A stretch of 63,158 bases of DNA, filler included, from Octopus bimaculoides (lineage: Eukaryota), in assembly GCF_001194135.2 (NCBI RefSeq). It is 5 parts of 4 records of this genome, joined end to end, with 100 filler letters (N's around TTAATTAATTAA, not from the genome) between each part and the next. Parts side by side here need not be neighbours in the genome. Positions count along the whole stretch, not along the records: positions 1 to 19,645 come from NC_068981.1; 4 more parts are not named here. One strand, given 5' to 3'. Positions 1 to 13,564 of the stretch are shown here, in pieces. The notes under the pieces are model-generated. The model was given only the letters and a program-made list of their open reading frames with translations, had not been told where the DNA came from and did no database searches. Each line of letters begins with the position of its first letter. Within the stretch, counting starts at the first letter, position 1. The position numbers were made by a program, and so were the translations under genes.

Positions 1-1899
1 TATATATATATATATATGTATATATGTATATATGTATATATATATGTATGTTTGTATATAAGTATGTATGTTTGTATATAAGTATGTATGTATCTAAGGG
101 TATTAAACAATTGGCAGTCGTATTTCAAACATTTACTGCGGTGTGCAATATTGGGCTTATGAAAGCAGTTATTCTCCAAACATTTTAATAACTGAAATAA
201 TTTTCCGAAGTGTATCAACAGCTTTCATTCGTTGTTAATTTTAATGGGAAATATACTCCACATTCTGGTTATATACTCTACATTCCATTAATACTGTATT
301 GTATGAATATGAATATTCTGTACCTATTATACCCCAAGTAGTCTTTCAGCAACTCAAGGGGACGTGCTGGCAGAATCTTTATGACGCCGGACAAAATACT
401 TAGTGATAAATTCTGCAGTCATGTACTGCGGTCAATATAATTGACTAATCTACTTCCCTAAATTTCAGTCCTTATGCCTATAAGATTATTTCAGTGACTC
501 TAATTTCGCTATTATAGAATAGAATAATTATAGAATGACAATGTGTCCTAATGAAGCTGAACCACATAACAAATAATCTCACGCTGTCACTAAACCAAAC
601 AAACATAAATCAAACGGATTTGACAAAAATAAACCAGAGTTGGATAATTAGATGTCTTCCTGACGCTATGCTAAAATTGCAACATACACAAATTAGAAAG
701 AAACAAACAAGAGTTAGAATCTTAGAAATTATAAGACTTCATTATTGTAAGAGAGAATCTTTCAAGTAATGTCTTAGAACCAACTTACTAAACTGATGGA
801 AAAGCAGTTTTCTGAATCAACTAGAAACAAATGACATAAATAAACAAAGGCCAAAGAGACATTAAAAAAAGAAACAAGTAACTTTGGTGGTGCAAGAAGG
901 TAAGAATGAAAATTATATAAAGTCAAATTAAAATATAGGCTAAATCACAATAGAAATGAAACCGATCATATCGCTATGATATTCATAGTAAATCATTCTC
1001 AGAATAGATTTCGACTTAATTACTCATAAACTCATCCATACAGTTGACAAACAATATTTCAGTAATATCTATAACAATACATTCCATCTAAATGTTATTG
1101 AATTACAGAATATATTGTGACTCGTGACCTACTGTGGAGTTTATGACTGTCCCTCCTATTTACCTTTATGTTTTCCCCCTTATTTATTCAACCTACCCGT
1201 AGTACATACTAAAAACGAACTGCTAACTAAAAGAATACTAGTTATACTGCATGGAGATTAGCAGTTAGCTATAAAAAGAAACCATATATGTCGTAGAGGG
1301 TCCCACTCTTTTCTAGGTTGTAGGCCTACTATGTAACTCTGTTGGTATGACAGTCAGGCAAATGGGTGCTTTTTGAAGGGTTTTTTTTAAAGCTTTTCGA
1401 AGGGATCCTGGTAGAGGATTTCCGTGAACTCTTGTGAGAAACCGTCTCCTTTACACTTTCCAAATATAATAAAAATATAATAAAAAACTAGAAGTACACC
1501 TAATGCCTAATTGCCCTGTTGTGGTGCACTTTGGTCTAAACTCTATCCCATTCATCCTTTCTTCATTGCAGAAATCTCACATACTTTACCTCTCCAATAC
1601 AGAAACCTTTGTACTCCTGTCTTTAACCCATTGCCTCTTCCACACAGAGCCCTTATTCAGACTTGGTCTTAAAATATTTTGTCTACGTTTTCGTAAATAC
1701 TACTCTCCCTCTCGCTCTCTCTGTCTCTGTCTCTCTCTCTCTCTCTCCCCCTCTCTCTCTCTCTGCCATAGATTTATGTATCCTAGATACAGAAAACATA
1801 GCTTCTTGTTACCTTGTTACACTGATTCAAATTCCCGCATCTCTCCAAATGCTAGATTTTACTATCATTAAACATCTTTCATGTCAGATGAATATCTTT

Positions 1900-2280
1900 A
1901 ACATAGATTCTTAGACTTTGACCCTTTACTTCAAAGCGAGAAACTACTTCAGCCCACCAAAATTACAAAACCAATTAAAGCGAATCATGTACAGCTGCGA
2001 TACACAGGAGCATTTCACACGGCAATCATAGAAACGACACGTGATTTCTTGGCAGGCAATTTCTCACAGACACATTCCATCCTCAGGTCCAAAACCGGGC
2101 TCTATCTTCTTATCTTTTCTACATATGCTGCAATATTCTATGCTCTTCAGTACTGGTAGGCCATGTGCCATCGCTACTCTGGCACTTATGTCTGCCTCGT
2201 CGATCATTCTATTATCACGTAGTGCTAATACACAAACCAAGGTTCAGTATTAACACTACATTCAATCCTTGTTACGCAGA
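1900..2280 (-). mobile_element. Possible degraded RTE-type LINE reverse-transcriptase fragment
   Basis: Minus-strand translation with stops (..DNRMIDEADISARVAMAHG..) loosely resembles the RTE 'LDxEIxxRIxKA' region. Confidence 0.3.
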
Positions 2281-3284
2281 GCGTCGACCCTCTAGAAAGT
2301 CTATTATTTACTGACCTTTCCTGCATTCATCGACTGGTAGCAGTTTAAGTAAACTTTAATGATATCAACTTCAATTTTATGAAGTGAGGTCTGCGTTGTC
2401 TAGGATACTGCCCCTTATTCGTAACTTCATGAACAAAATGGTTTGCAAATGTCTGTATTCCAGTTATGAATATTCAACTGTCAGTGTATAAATGAATATA
2501 TGAGTTACTTAATACATTCATTTTTACACTGGCAATTTTCTCAAATCTGGTGTACTTACTGGAATGGTTTTATTTGTTATTCGTTTCCTAATACGGTTTC
2601 AACTGACTAGATTTCATAAAATCAAAAACGTTTGCAGCACGTTAATTTAATGTATCTTTATTTTATTTTATGTTATTCCACCAATTATGAATTTTTTAGT
2701 ATTGTTCATATTGACTTTGTTTTTTGATGTTGTTCCTTGCGTTTAAAGAAATTCATTTTTATAATTTATTTTTATATTTAAAGCTTTTAAAACATCTTTT
2801 ATTTTGGTTTGGCATTAACATTGAAATATTTAAAAGTATGGTTTTTCTTTCCAACCTCCCCATTGTTTTTGTTTTGTATTAGCGGTCGTCTTACTTTTGT
2901 TGTCATAATTGTGTTTCTCGTTTTTGGAAGTTATATTAAGCCTGACCTAGCAATTTCAATACATTTGCAATAATGCTTTTTAAAGTTTGTTCCTTACGCA
3001 CTAAATATATAGTTTTCATAATATGGAACGTCGACGACACAAGAGAACCGAAAATAATCCACATTGCTACATAGTCTGACTACTCAACATTATTTAGAAA
3101 TGAAAATTAAAATTAATAACATAAAAAAAATAGTGATACATAACGAAAATGAAATACATAAAAAGAACGTTTGTATAGGATATAAAAGCGACGAATAAAA
3201 TTCGAAATGTGAAGAAAGGAAATAAAAAGTAATAAAATAATATAAATGAACAAGAACAAGATGTAATGTATGTGTGTATGTATG

Positions 3285-3318
<34 letters not shown>

Positions 3319-3723
3319 TGTATGTATGTATGTATGTATGTATGTGCATATATACATACATATATATGTATGTATTTGTGTGTCTGTATTTTACATATAC
3401 GTATGTGTTTTAGTATAAAAGCTTCAGGCAAAATATAGAAAGAAACTAAATAAAAAGTAGCATTGTTTATTGATGAATATTGAAATGCTCGAATAAAATG
3501 TAAACTACATCAATAGACTACATAGTATTGAATATAAATTGTTAATTGGGAATCACGGTTGAAATAGCTTACAATTCTTAAAATATTCTAATAAAGATAT
3601 TTGTTTATTTATTTGATTGCATCTTTCAGATGTTCATTTCCCCAAACTTTTCCATTCGTCTACATACGTGCATACATACGTACGCACAGACATTCATGAT
3701 TACGTATATACAAGCATAAATGC

Positions 3724-3770
<47 letters not shown>

Positions 3771-4751
3771 GAGAGAGAGATAGAGAGAGAGAGAGAGATA
3801 GCAAGAATGCATTCAGATACATAGATCATGAGATATGTACATATAACCATGCGTACAAAGTTAAGTTCAACAGTCCTCACTCATGAGACAGAATGCAAAA
3901 CGACTGCTTCAGATCTTATAAGCCTTTCAAAAGGAATATACCGAAGCGTATCTGTGCACTTATTGTGCCCTAAATCCATTGACATCACTTTAATAACTCC
4001 CAAACTCTGCAAACAAGATCGTTTGCATCAGTATTCTTTCTATGTTGCCTGTTCGCAGAACGAGTACTACAAATGCTTTAGTATTGACGAATATGTATCA
4101 CACATGGTTGCCGTGCACAAAGACACAGAAACCAAAGAATATCATGAAAGATTTAAAATCTATATCAGTTGAAGATTTCACCTCGCAAAAACAAGATACT
4201 CATCAATACGTTTGTAGTAACAGTGCTGTGCCGTTATTGACGATAATTAACTGGTGAGTATATGGAATTCCCTGCCATGAATACTGAATACTGCAAGATT
4301 TCATATCAGGAATCTTGCAAAACAAATTCATAAACGTATGTATGTATACATATATATGTATATATGTATATATATGTACAGAGATCATTTGATAGGCATC
4401 TTAATAACCGTTGTTATTAGTTCGGTAGCCTCCAGCAGGTGGATGGGTATAAGTGTAAACGGTAGGAATGCTAATATTCTTATTTCATCATCCAGTCAAT
4501 AGATTAGTTAGCGTAATCGCAACTTGTTCTCCAACTCCAATCCTAATAAAACACTAACTGCAGCTGCCGTGTAGTAATACATACATGGCAATTTATTTGC
4601 AATCGAATTTTATCCTCCGGTATTTCGAATATGCTCGTCGAAATGAGCGATAATTTTAGCATATACCAAAAAATAATGATATAATACATCAGTGTAAATA
4701 AATTGGTATGCTTTTGAAATATTTGTAACATCTACTGCTATATTGATCTTC

Positions 4752-4787
<36 letters not shown>

Positions 4788-5552
4788 NNNNNNNNNNNNN
4801 NNNNNNNNNNNNNNNNNNNNNNNNNNNNNNNNNNNNNNNNNNNNNNNNNNNNNNNNNNNNNNNNNNNNNNNNNNNNNNNNNNNNNNNNNNNNNNNNNNNN
4901 NNNNNNNNNNNNNNNNNNNNNNNNNNNNNNNNNNNNNNNNNNNNNNNNNNNNNNNNNNNNNNNNNNNNNNNNNNNNNNNNNNNNNNNNNNNNNNNNNNNN
5001 NNNNNNNNNNNNNNNNNNNNNNNNNNNNNNNNNNNNNNNNNNNNNNNNNNNNNNNNNNNNNNNNNNNNNNNNNNNNNNNNNNNNNNNNNNNNNNNNNNNN
5101 NNNNNNNNNNNNNNNNNNNNNNNNNNNNNNNNNNNNNNNNNNNNNNNNNNNNNNNNNNNNNNNNNNNNNNNNNNNNNNNNNNNNNNNNNNNNNNNNNNNN
5201 NNNNNNNNNNNNNNNNNNNNNNNNNNNNNNNNNNNNNNNNNNNNNNNNNNNNNNNNNNNNNNNNNNNNNNNNNNNNNNNNNNNNNNNNNNNNNNNNNNNN
5301 NNNNNNNNNNNNNNNNNNNNNNNNNNNNNNNNNNNNNNNNNNNNNNNNNNNNNNNNNNNNNNNNNNNNNNNNNNNNNNNNNNNNNNNNNNNNNNNNNNNN
5401 NNNNNNNNNNNNNNNNNNNNNNNNNNNNNNNNNNNNNNNNNNNNNNNNNNNNNNNNNNNNNNNNNNNNNNNNNNNNNNNNNNNNNNNNNNNNNNNNNNNN
5501 NNNNNNNNNNNNNNNNNNNNNNNNNNNNNNNNTATATATATATATATATATA

Positions 5553-6349
5553 TATTATCTGATGAATAACTACCGGGACTGCTGCCATAGTGACAAAAGT
5601 AAACTACGAAGAGTAAAGCCGCTCGGCACAAATTAAACTTAAACTCTGCTGTGCATGCACACTAAGTTTTAACATCCCAGCACACTTTCACTGTTTACAG
5701 CACTACTTACAAAGAAGGTGTCCAGAGTGTTATCAACGCATTAACCAGGACACCGTTGAGCAGAGTTTCTGCTTCACATTTTGTCAAAAGCTTGGCGATA
5801 CCTACGCAAATTTCTCAAAAATATTTAATCGTTCTCGATACAATCTAGATCTTGTACAACTGAAACCCGTCTGACTTTTTGGTCAGCTGAAGTCAGTTTT
5901 GGCACAAACTCGGCAGACACGCGTCTCATACCAAAATCTTCAGTGATAATGAACTGAACTGAACTGTAACTAATCTGCTCAGCCTCTGGTAAATCACAGA
6001 CAGTGATTCGACTAATTCCTATCACAGCTGCACGCACATCAGCGATGTTCTTCTCATTTCTGTTGGTTGCGGGTCTCCCAGAATGTTCGTCAACATTGAC
6101 ATATTTTCGGTCAACTTGCAAACGTCTGAAACATAGGTACACTTGTGTGCAGCTCATACACTCCTCTCCATAAACTTTCTGCAAATTTCACGATAACTTC
6201 TTTGTCATGGTCAATACAAGAAGGGTAAAACTTAGTGCGCATACACAACAAAGATAAAAACTCAGTCTTTGTCAAGCGGAGCTTCACTCTGTGTACTTTA
6301 GCTTCGTTACTCTGACAACAGTTTGCATATTTATCGACCAGGCCTTGTA
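5553..6349 (-). mobile_element. Degenerate mariner derivative: transposase HTH fragment (5825-6184, -) bounded by two inverted copies of the element's 5' end
   Basis: ORF has VYGEECMS, SGRP and LGMRRVSAxFVP(K/R)L-like mariner motifs. About 120 bp at 5553-5672 (+) aligns to 6225-6345 (-). The + arm also reads TVEQSFCFTFCQKLG, a transposase N-terminus. Confidence 0.8.
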
Positions 6350-6734
6350 TATACGCGCGCACACACACGCACAAAACACACACTCATACACATACAAGCA
6401 TGCTTACATTCATACATAAGTGTTCATATATGAGAAGGCATAGACCTATAAGCATTTATTTGTACCCCACCCTCTATCTTCCGCACACACACACACTCTC
6501 TCTCTCACTCTTTCTTTCTCTCTCTCTCTCTCTATGTATATATATATATATACACACACATATGTATACGTACAGATATATATAACATCACATATGTAAT
6601 TATATATATGTGTGTATATGTATATATGTGCGCAAATATGTGTATGTATGACTATATGTATGTGCGTGTATGTACGTATGAAAGTATGTGTAATCCTTAA
6701 GTTGACTATATGTACGATATATTGTTATTGTTGT

Positions 6735-7168
6735 TGGCACTGCGTCGCTTACGACGTCGAGGGTTCAAGTTGATCCGATCAATTGAATAGCCTGCTCGTG
6801 AAATTAGCGTGCAATGGCTGAACACTCCACAGGCACACGTGTACCCTTAACGTAGTTCTCGGGGATATTCAGCGTGACACAGTGTGACAAGGCTGACCCT
6901 TTGAATTACAAGCACGACAGGAAGTACGAGTGAGAGAAAGTTGTGGTGGAAGAGTACAGCAGGGTTCGCCACCATCCACTGCCGGAGCCTCGTGGAGCNN
7001 NNNNNNNNAAGAGTACAGCAGGGTTCGCCACCATCCACTGCCGGAGCCTCGTGGAGCTTTAGGTGTTTTCGCTCAATAAACACTCACAACGCCCGGTCTG
7101 GAAATCGAAACCACGATCCTAGGACCGCGAGTCCGCTGCCCTAACCACTGGGCCATTGCGCCTCCACA
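6735..7168 (-). mobile_element. tRNA-derived SINE family A (head GGAGGCGCAATGGCCCAGTGGTTAGGGCAGCGG, CAA tail)
   Basis: A/B-box-like head; homologous to copies at 9268, 32696 and 38728. Confidence 0.85.
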
Positions 7169-8381
7169 TGTACGATATATCCAAAGTGTATTCATAAAAT
7201 ATCTACTAGTAATATACGGCAACGGTTTCATTTTCTGTAATCACTAGATGTTGTTCAAAACGAAAAACTCAGTGTTGAACAAAAAAAGAAACAGAGTAGT
7301 TTAGATAACTTTATATAATTTCGAGTGGGGAGATCGAATATAACACTATTGTCTGAGTTTTTAATTTTTCAGGGAATAAAGTATTGATTATACTTAAACT
7401 GGTGTCCTTCCTAATTATAGAAACATCTATTATATTATCATGGGAAACTATCTTAAATGGCTTCTGTTGGTTTTCTTTCTAATTAGTCACGTTCAATCAG
7501 GCAGTGCAATCGAGTTCAAGAATGTCTGTATGATGCACAAACAGATGCAAAGCTGATACTGCCGATTTTATCACATAATCGATTCTGCTGTGTTTGCATT
7601 GGTATACAATTAAGCAATATTAAAGATTATTATTATATCTGTAAATAATTGTATATCTATAAATGTATTCACAAACGCAAGAGTTTCATATACATACATT
7701 CTAAATGCATAATGCGTGTACACATATACACGTCTACACACGCACGGCCATGCACACACATGCACACACACATGCACACACACATACACACACACAAGCA
7801 CACACACACACACACACACGCACACACACACATACACACAGCGGCTGAATTGCAGACGACAGACTTTGAGCTGTACCTTCCAGCATGTGAATGGTTACAT
7901 GGGTAGCTGATGAAGTAGAATGTTCTCTATGTGGCTTGTGTGTTTTCTCGTCTACGTTTTGTTTGCAATGTCCTGTACCCAGATACGCACCTATACATAC
8001 AGGTGGATGTCGGTACGCACATACCTGTACGTATATATGCATATACTCATTTACTATTTGTTTTTATATATATATATATATATNNNNNNNNNNNNNNNNN
8101 NNNNNNNNNNNNNNNNNNNNNNNNNNNNNNNNNNNNNNNNNNNNNNNNNNNNNNNNNNNNNNNNNNNNNNNNNNNNNNNNNNNNNNNNNNNNNNNNNNNN
8201 NNNNNNNNNNNNNNNNNNNNNNNNNNNNNNNNNNNNNNNNNNNNNNNNNNNNNNNNNNNNNNNNNNNNNNNNNNNNNNNNNNNNNNNNNNNNNNNNNNNN
8301 NNNNNNNNNNNNNNNNNNNNNNNNNNNNNNNNNNNNNNNNNNNNNNNNNNNNNNNNNNNNNNNNNNNNNNNNNNNNNNNNN

Positions 8382-8427
<46 letters not shown>

Positions 8428-9267
8428 TGTGTGTGTGTGCGTGAGTGCGTGTGCATGTGTGTATAAGAACTTAAGAACAAATATTATGGGCGCGTGTGTG
8501 CATGTCTGTTCAATGACAGCTTGCCGAACCCGATGTAAGTAATACGTGTTATTTGGTGATTATGTTATCCAAGACAGATTGAGATGAATTGTGATCGGAC
8601 AGTGCATAGACTACAAGTTAATATTCTTTTTCCTTATTACCTAGATCAATTTGATAGAAATATTTAAAGAATGTGAAAAAAGAAAATGTTAACTTCAGAC
8701 TTATGTTAAGCACTGTCAACTAAGGCTTATTTTATGTTAATACGAATTATAACGGCACATCTATCACCAAAACATCTACAGGGCTTCACTGGAAAATAAC
8801 TACCATATATCTCCTAAAATATTTAAACGCAATGTACCTTACTACAAATTTACGTACTGAAATTTGCCACGTTGAAAAAGATAATTCACTGCGTACTAAT
8901 TCAAACATACTGAGCAACACATCTAGTTAAATGTTAGAAATGGTTGTGCGGAAGATATATTCAAAATACTGGCTCTATGCAATTAGAAAGTAACACCTAA
9001 TGTTTATCACTAACATTAAATGTGCGACAGCATTGTTATTTCATCAATGCCCAATGCTTTACCTATATTGTAAATTATGTCATTTTTGTTATTTGTAACA
9101 CTTTACTACATAAAGCTAATGTATCACTGGAAGCTGTAAAATCAAAAACAGGTCACGGAAAGTATAAACGTTTAAAAGTCATACTCCTGCATTAGGTGCT
9201 TTGGTATATACTGAGGGAAACGAAAATATTTTCTGTAATGTTTATTTTTCCATGTATAAGTTTCCAT

Positions 9268-9610
9268 TATGGTTAGGGCAGCGGACTCGCGGTCATAGGA
9301 TCGCGGTTTCGATTATCAGACCGGGCGTTGTGAGTGTTTATTGAGCGAAAACACCTAAAAGCTCCACGAACCCTGCTGTACTCTTCCACCATAACATTCT
9401 CTCGCTCTTACTTCCTTTTTCTGTTGTGCCTGTGATTCAAAGGGTCAGACTTGTCACGCTGTGTTACGCTGAATATCCCCGAGAATTACGTTAAGAGTAC
9501 ACGTGTCTATGGAGTGCTCAGCCACTTGCACGTTAATTTCAGGAGCAGACTTTTTAATTGATCGGATCAACTGGAACCCTCGACGTCGAAAGCGACGGAG
9601 TGCCAACAAT
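9268..9610 (+). mobile_element. SINE family A copy, 5'-truncated
   Basis: Near-identical to 32696-33081. Confidence 0.85.
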
Positions 9611-10238
9611 TTTCCATTTATAACGATTAAGATACTCTACACAAGTCATAGTTTATGTCATATATANNNNNNNNNNNNNNNNNNNNNNNNNNNNNNNNNN
9701 NNNNNNNNNNNNNNNNNNNNNNNNNNNNNNNNNNNNNNNNNNNNNNNNNNNNNNNNNNNNNNNNNNNNNNNNNNNNNNNNNNNNNNNNNNNNNNNNNNNN
9801 NNNNNNNNNNNNNNNNNNNNNNNNNNNNNNNNNNNNNNNNNNNNNNNNNNNNNNNNNNNNNNNNNNNNNNNNNNNNNNNNNNNNNNNNNNNNNNNNNNNN
9901 NNNNNNNNNNNNNNNNNNNNNNNNNNNNNNNNNNNNNNNNNNNNNNNNNNNNNNNNNNNNNNNNNNNNNNNNNNNNNNNNNNNNNNNNNNNNNNNNNNNN
10001 NNNNNNNNNNNNNNNNNNNNNNNNNNNNNNNNNNNNNNNNNNNNNNNNNNNNNNNNNNNNNNNNNNNNNNNNNNNNNNNNNNNNNNNNNNNNNNNNNNNN
10101 NNNNNNNNNNNNNNNNNNNNNNNNNNNNNNNNNNNNNNNNNNNNNNNNNNNNNNNNNNNNNNNNNNNNNNNNNNNNNNNNNNNNNNNNNNNNNNNNNNNN
10201 NNNNNNNNNNNNNNNNNNNNNNNNNNNNNNNNNNNNNN

Positions 10239-10269
<31 letters not shown>

Positions 10270-10289
10270 TATTTATATATTTATATATC

Positions 10290-10425
10290 AGACTTAGCGG
10301 TTTGGCGAAATACACTGAGGGAATAAATACTACGCTTACAAAGAATAAGTCCTGGGGTCGATTTGTCCGACTAAACACGGTGTTCCAGCATGGTCGCAGT
10401 CAAATGACTGAAACAAGTAATAGAG
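10290..10425 (+). mobile_element. 3' half of CORE-type SINE (family B)
   Basis: Contains cttagcggtt(t/c)ggc..gaataagtcctggggtcga..ccagcatgg.cgcagtcaaatgactgaaacaag, shared with 24010, 45355, 60262 and 61125. Confidence 0.75.
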
Positions 10426-11282
10426 TGAGTGAATAAAAGAATATATGCACGGTTAGTACCAGTTCAAACATGCTTGGGGCACTTACGAACCGGTAAGAAA
10501 ACCATTCGCTGTGTTTTGTTATGGAGAAAATTTCTCGCTGTAAACAAATGGTGTAAATACACCAAAATCACCTGGCAGCGCCACCTACCCAGACTGTTAG
10601 GTTCAAGCATTTCTGTGTGAGTATCTCCTCAACAACCACAGAAATCGGACAGGGTGCGCTGCGAGCTGACAAGAGAGATTGTGTCGTGTGTGTGTATCAT
10701 CCAGGTAAAAAATAACTTGCAGTATCCTTTACAAAGCTCTCCCACAGGTATCAATTATGAATGTTATCATTCAATGGGCCTTCTGTTACTGAATATGCTT
10801 CCAGAAATCCATAAATATCCGTACAGAAAATATAAGAGAAAACGGATTAAACAAGCTTTATTGTATACCACTTCATTTATTTCAACACAACGCTGCCAGC
10901 TGTTCAGTGCTGAATATTAAGTAGATGATGAACACCACTGTGTTATTTATTACTCTTGAGCAATACTGGGAGATGTATTTAATCAGCTGAGTATGGTAAA
11001 AACAACTTTATTAAACCAGACTATCATTTCATTGAATACCCACACCGAAAATATAGTATTTTGGTGTGGGTATAGTTAGCCGAAATGAAAGTCAGATTTT
11101 CTTTCTTCTCTACCATACTCACCTGAGGAAATGCAGTTCCTTGTATAGCTGAATAGTAATAATTAACACAGTGTGTTTTCTGCAATCTAACGTTCAGCAT
11201 TGAACAGCTGGTGATGATGTTTCGAAACGAATGAAGTTGTCTGTAATAAAGCATTTTCAATCCAATTTCACTTATTAACATT

Positions 11283-11322
<40 letters not shown>

Positions 11323-11395
11323 CTCATATAGATACATTACATTCATGCATATATATGTGTATGTGTATGTATCTCAATGTATCGATTCAATATAC

Positions 11396-11430
<35 letters not shown>

Positions 11431-11655
11431 NNNNNNNNNNNNNNNNNNNNNNNNNNNNNNNNNNNNNNNNNNNNNNNNNNNNNNNNNNNNNNNNNNNNNN
11501 NNNNNNNNNNNNNNNNNNNNNNNNNNNNNNNNNNNNNNNNNNNNNNNNNNNNNNNNNNNNNNNNNNNNNNNNNNNNNNNNNNNNNNNNNNNNNNNNNNNN
11601 NNNNNNNNNNNNNNNNNNNNNNNNNNNNNNNNNNNNNNNNNNNNNNNNNNNNNNN

Positions 11656-11704
<49 letters not shown>

Positions 11705-12507
11705 CATGAATGCATGTATGTTGCTCGGTTGATCTTAGGACAGGAAGGGTAAACATAGCCTTGGTAGGCTCTGCTACACCGGTGAGATTCATGTTATTGA
11801 TATTTCCGTTCAAACCTTGTTTGTTAAAGGCTGTATGAAAGACAAGTTCATGTTGGCAATTATAGAGGTAATATTACGTAGGCATATATGTATATACATA
11901 TTGGTATGCATGTAAATACACGATTATATAGTTATTTTAAAATATCTGTACAGAAATTATGTAAAACATCATATAGATAATAATATTTACTCTGGACTAT
12001 TGATATATTGCAGTAAAGCTGAGATGAGATTTTATAACACATTTTATTAAATGAATTAGATTAAAGTATCCATTCGTAGATAATAAAAAATTAATATTTC
12101 AATAAAAAATAATATAAATAGTTTCCATTTCATGTATTTTAAAATTGAAAATTTATCGATCTTATATCTTTACTGTCTGGATGTTACGAAGGAGCATTTT
12201 AAATAAAATAGTAAATTGTTTTCAAATTCCCCACATTAGGTCATGACATATCTTACTGTTTATATAAGAACGATTGATGTTTCAAATAATTAATAACGTA
12301 CATTAACATATATTTTTAAGCCACACACACACACACACACACATACATACACACACATATATATGCACATATATATTTGTATGATATATATATATGATTT
12401 ACAAGTAAACATGTATATACACTCATAGTACACTTATATGTATATATATGCTGTACACGTAGGATGCATATATGTATGTATGCATATAAACTTATATAGT
12501 GTGCATA

Positions 12508-12543
<36 letters not shown>

Positions 12544-12623
12544 ATAAATGTAAGCTATATATATTTGTGTGTGGCCATATATAATTCCTATCTCACCGAG
12601 TCTCTCCGTCTCTCTCTCTCTCA

Positions 12624-12678
<55 letters not shown>

Positions 12679-12828
12679 NNNNNNNNNNATACAATATACA
12701 ATATAAAATAAAATAACATAAAAATGGATGGCACCATGAAAGAAAGTATTGAATGTAGATGAAATATTGAGTGTTCAATATAAAGGATCAAATATATAAA
12801 TATATAAATATAAATATATATATATAAA

Positions 12829-12868
12829 GGCGACTCGAGTTTCAGGGCTATTTCCCTTCGTCATGACC
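12829..12868 (-). ncRNA. Degenerate minimal type I hammerhead ribozyme (Penelope-like remnant)
   Basis: Minus strand reads GGT-C(A)TGACGA-AGGG AAATAG CCCT-GAAA-C TCGA G-TC-GCC: stem II, GAAA, palindromic stem III and GUC cleavage site. One extra A sits in the CUGANGA box. Confidence 0.45.
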
Positions 12869-13564
12869 GGTATGACAGACTTTAACATACACCCACCCAC
12901 ACACACTCACACATATGTATGCCTGTTTAATTGATTTGTAAAGCATGCACTTCATGAAGCATTTATATGCAAATGGTAGATTTGAAATAATATTTAATAT
13001 TACTCTACACTGTTAACATCGAAGTTTCGCCATTAAAACTGACTTATAGATAAAAATAAAACAACATCCAAACGGAATTCTCTCTAAATATATATAGTCA
13101 TTTATTTTGCTGTAATAAATATTAGTTAATGAGGGTATAATCGGAAGGTGTTCGGGTGAGTAATGGGCTGCTAGATTGACTGATTAGATGAAAGGGAGGA
13201 AATAGGCTAAGTCTTGTTGGCGGGAAGGAGGAACTTACAATCCATTTTTGTTTATCTTTTATATATGTTGAAAGAGACGATGAAATTGATTTTATATCAC
13301 TATGAGAGTTTACACTTGCAGGAGTCTATGGATTTAAAGCACTCAGTGAGATATAAGGTCTGTGTCTACACAAAGAAATTAATTTTGAGATTCTGTTTAA
13401 CAATTGTCCAACAATGAACAGAATTTTGTGGTTTTATAAAGTGCAAAGCTGGTATGTTTCTGTTTTAATTTATCTAGATTTATTTATATGTTTTGGCCCT
13501 TGAGCATGTACGGTATCTGATATACCTATATTTACCAATGTTGAAATACACGCTTAGTTAGTTC

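Noticed and set aside
2110-2152. Other CUGANGA hits scanned by eye (e.g. 2145-, 22305+, 26615+, 30928+, 41726-, 42920-, 44872+)
   Set aside because: Each lacks a correctly placed GAAA or a closing stem I.
4689-5636. Long ORFs of 200-300 aa in the track here and at 7.9-8.5, 9.5-10.4, 17.5-18.2, 39.5-40.4 and 51.8-52.6 kb
   Set aside because: They are open only because of N runs and (AT)/(GT)/(AG) microsatellites (YIYI, CVCV, THTH, SLSL).
6950-7057. 49-bp direct repeat on either side of a short N gap within a SINE
   Set aside because: Typical unmerged contig overlap; other family A copies have a single unit.
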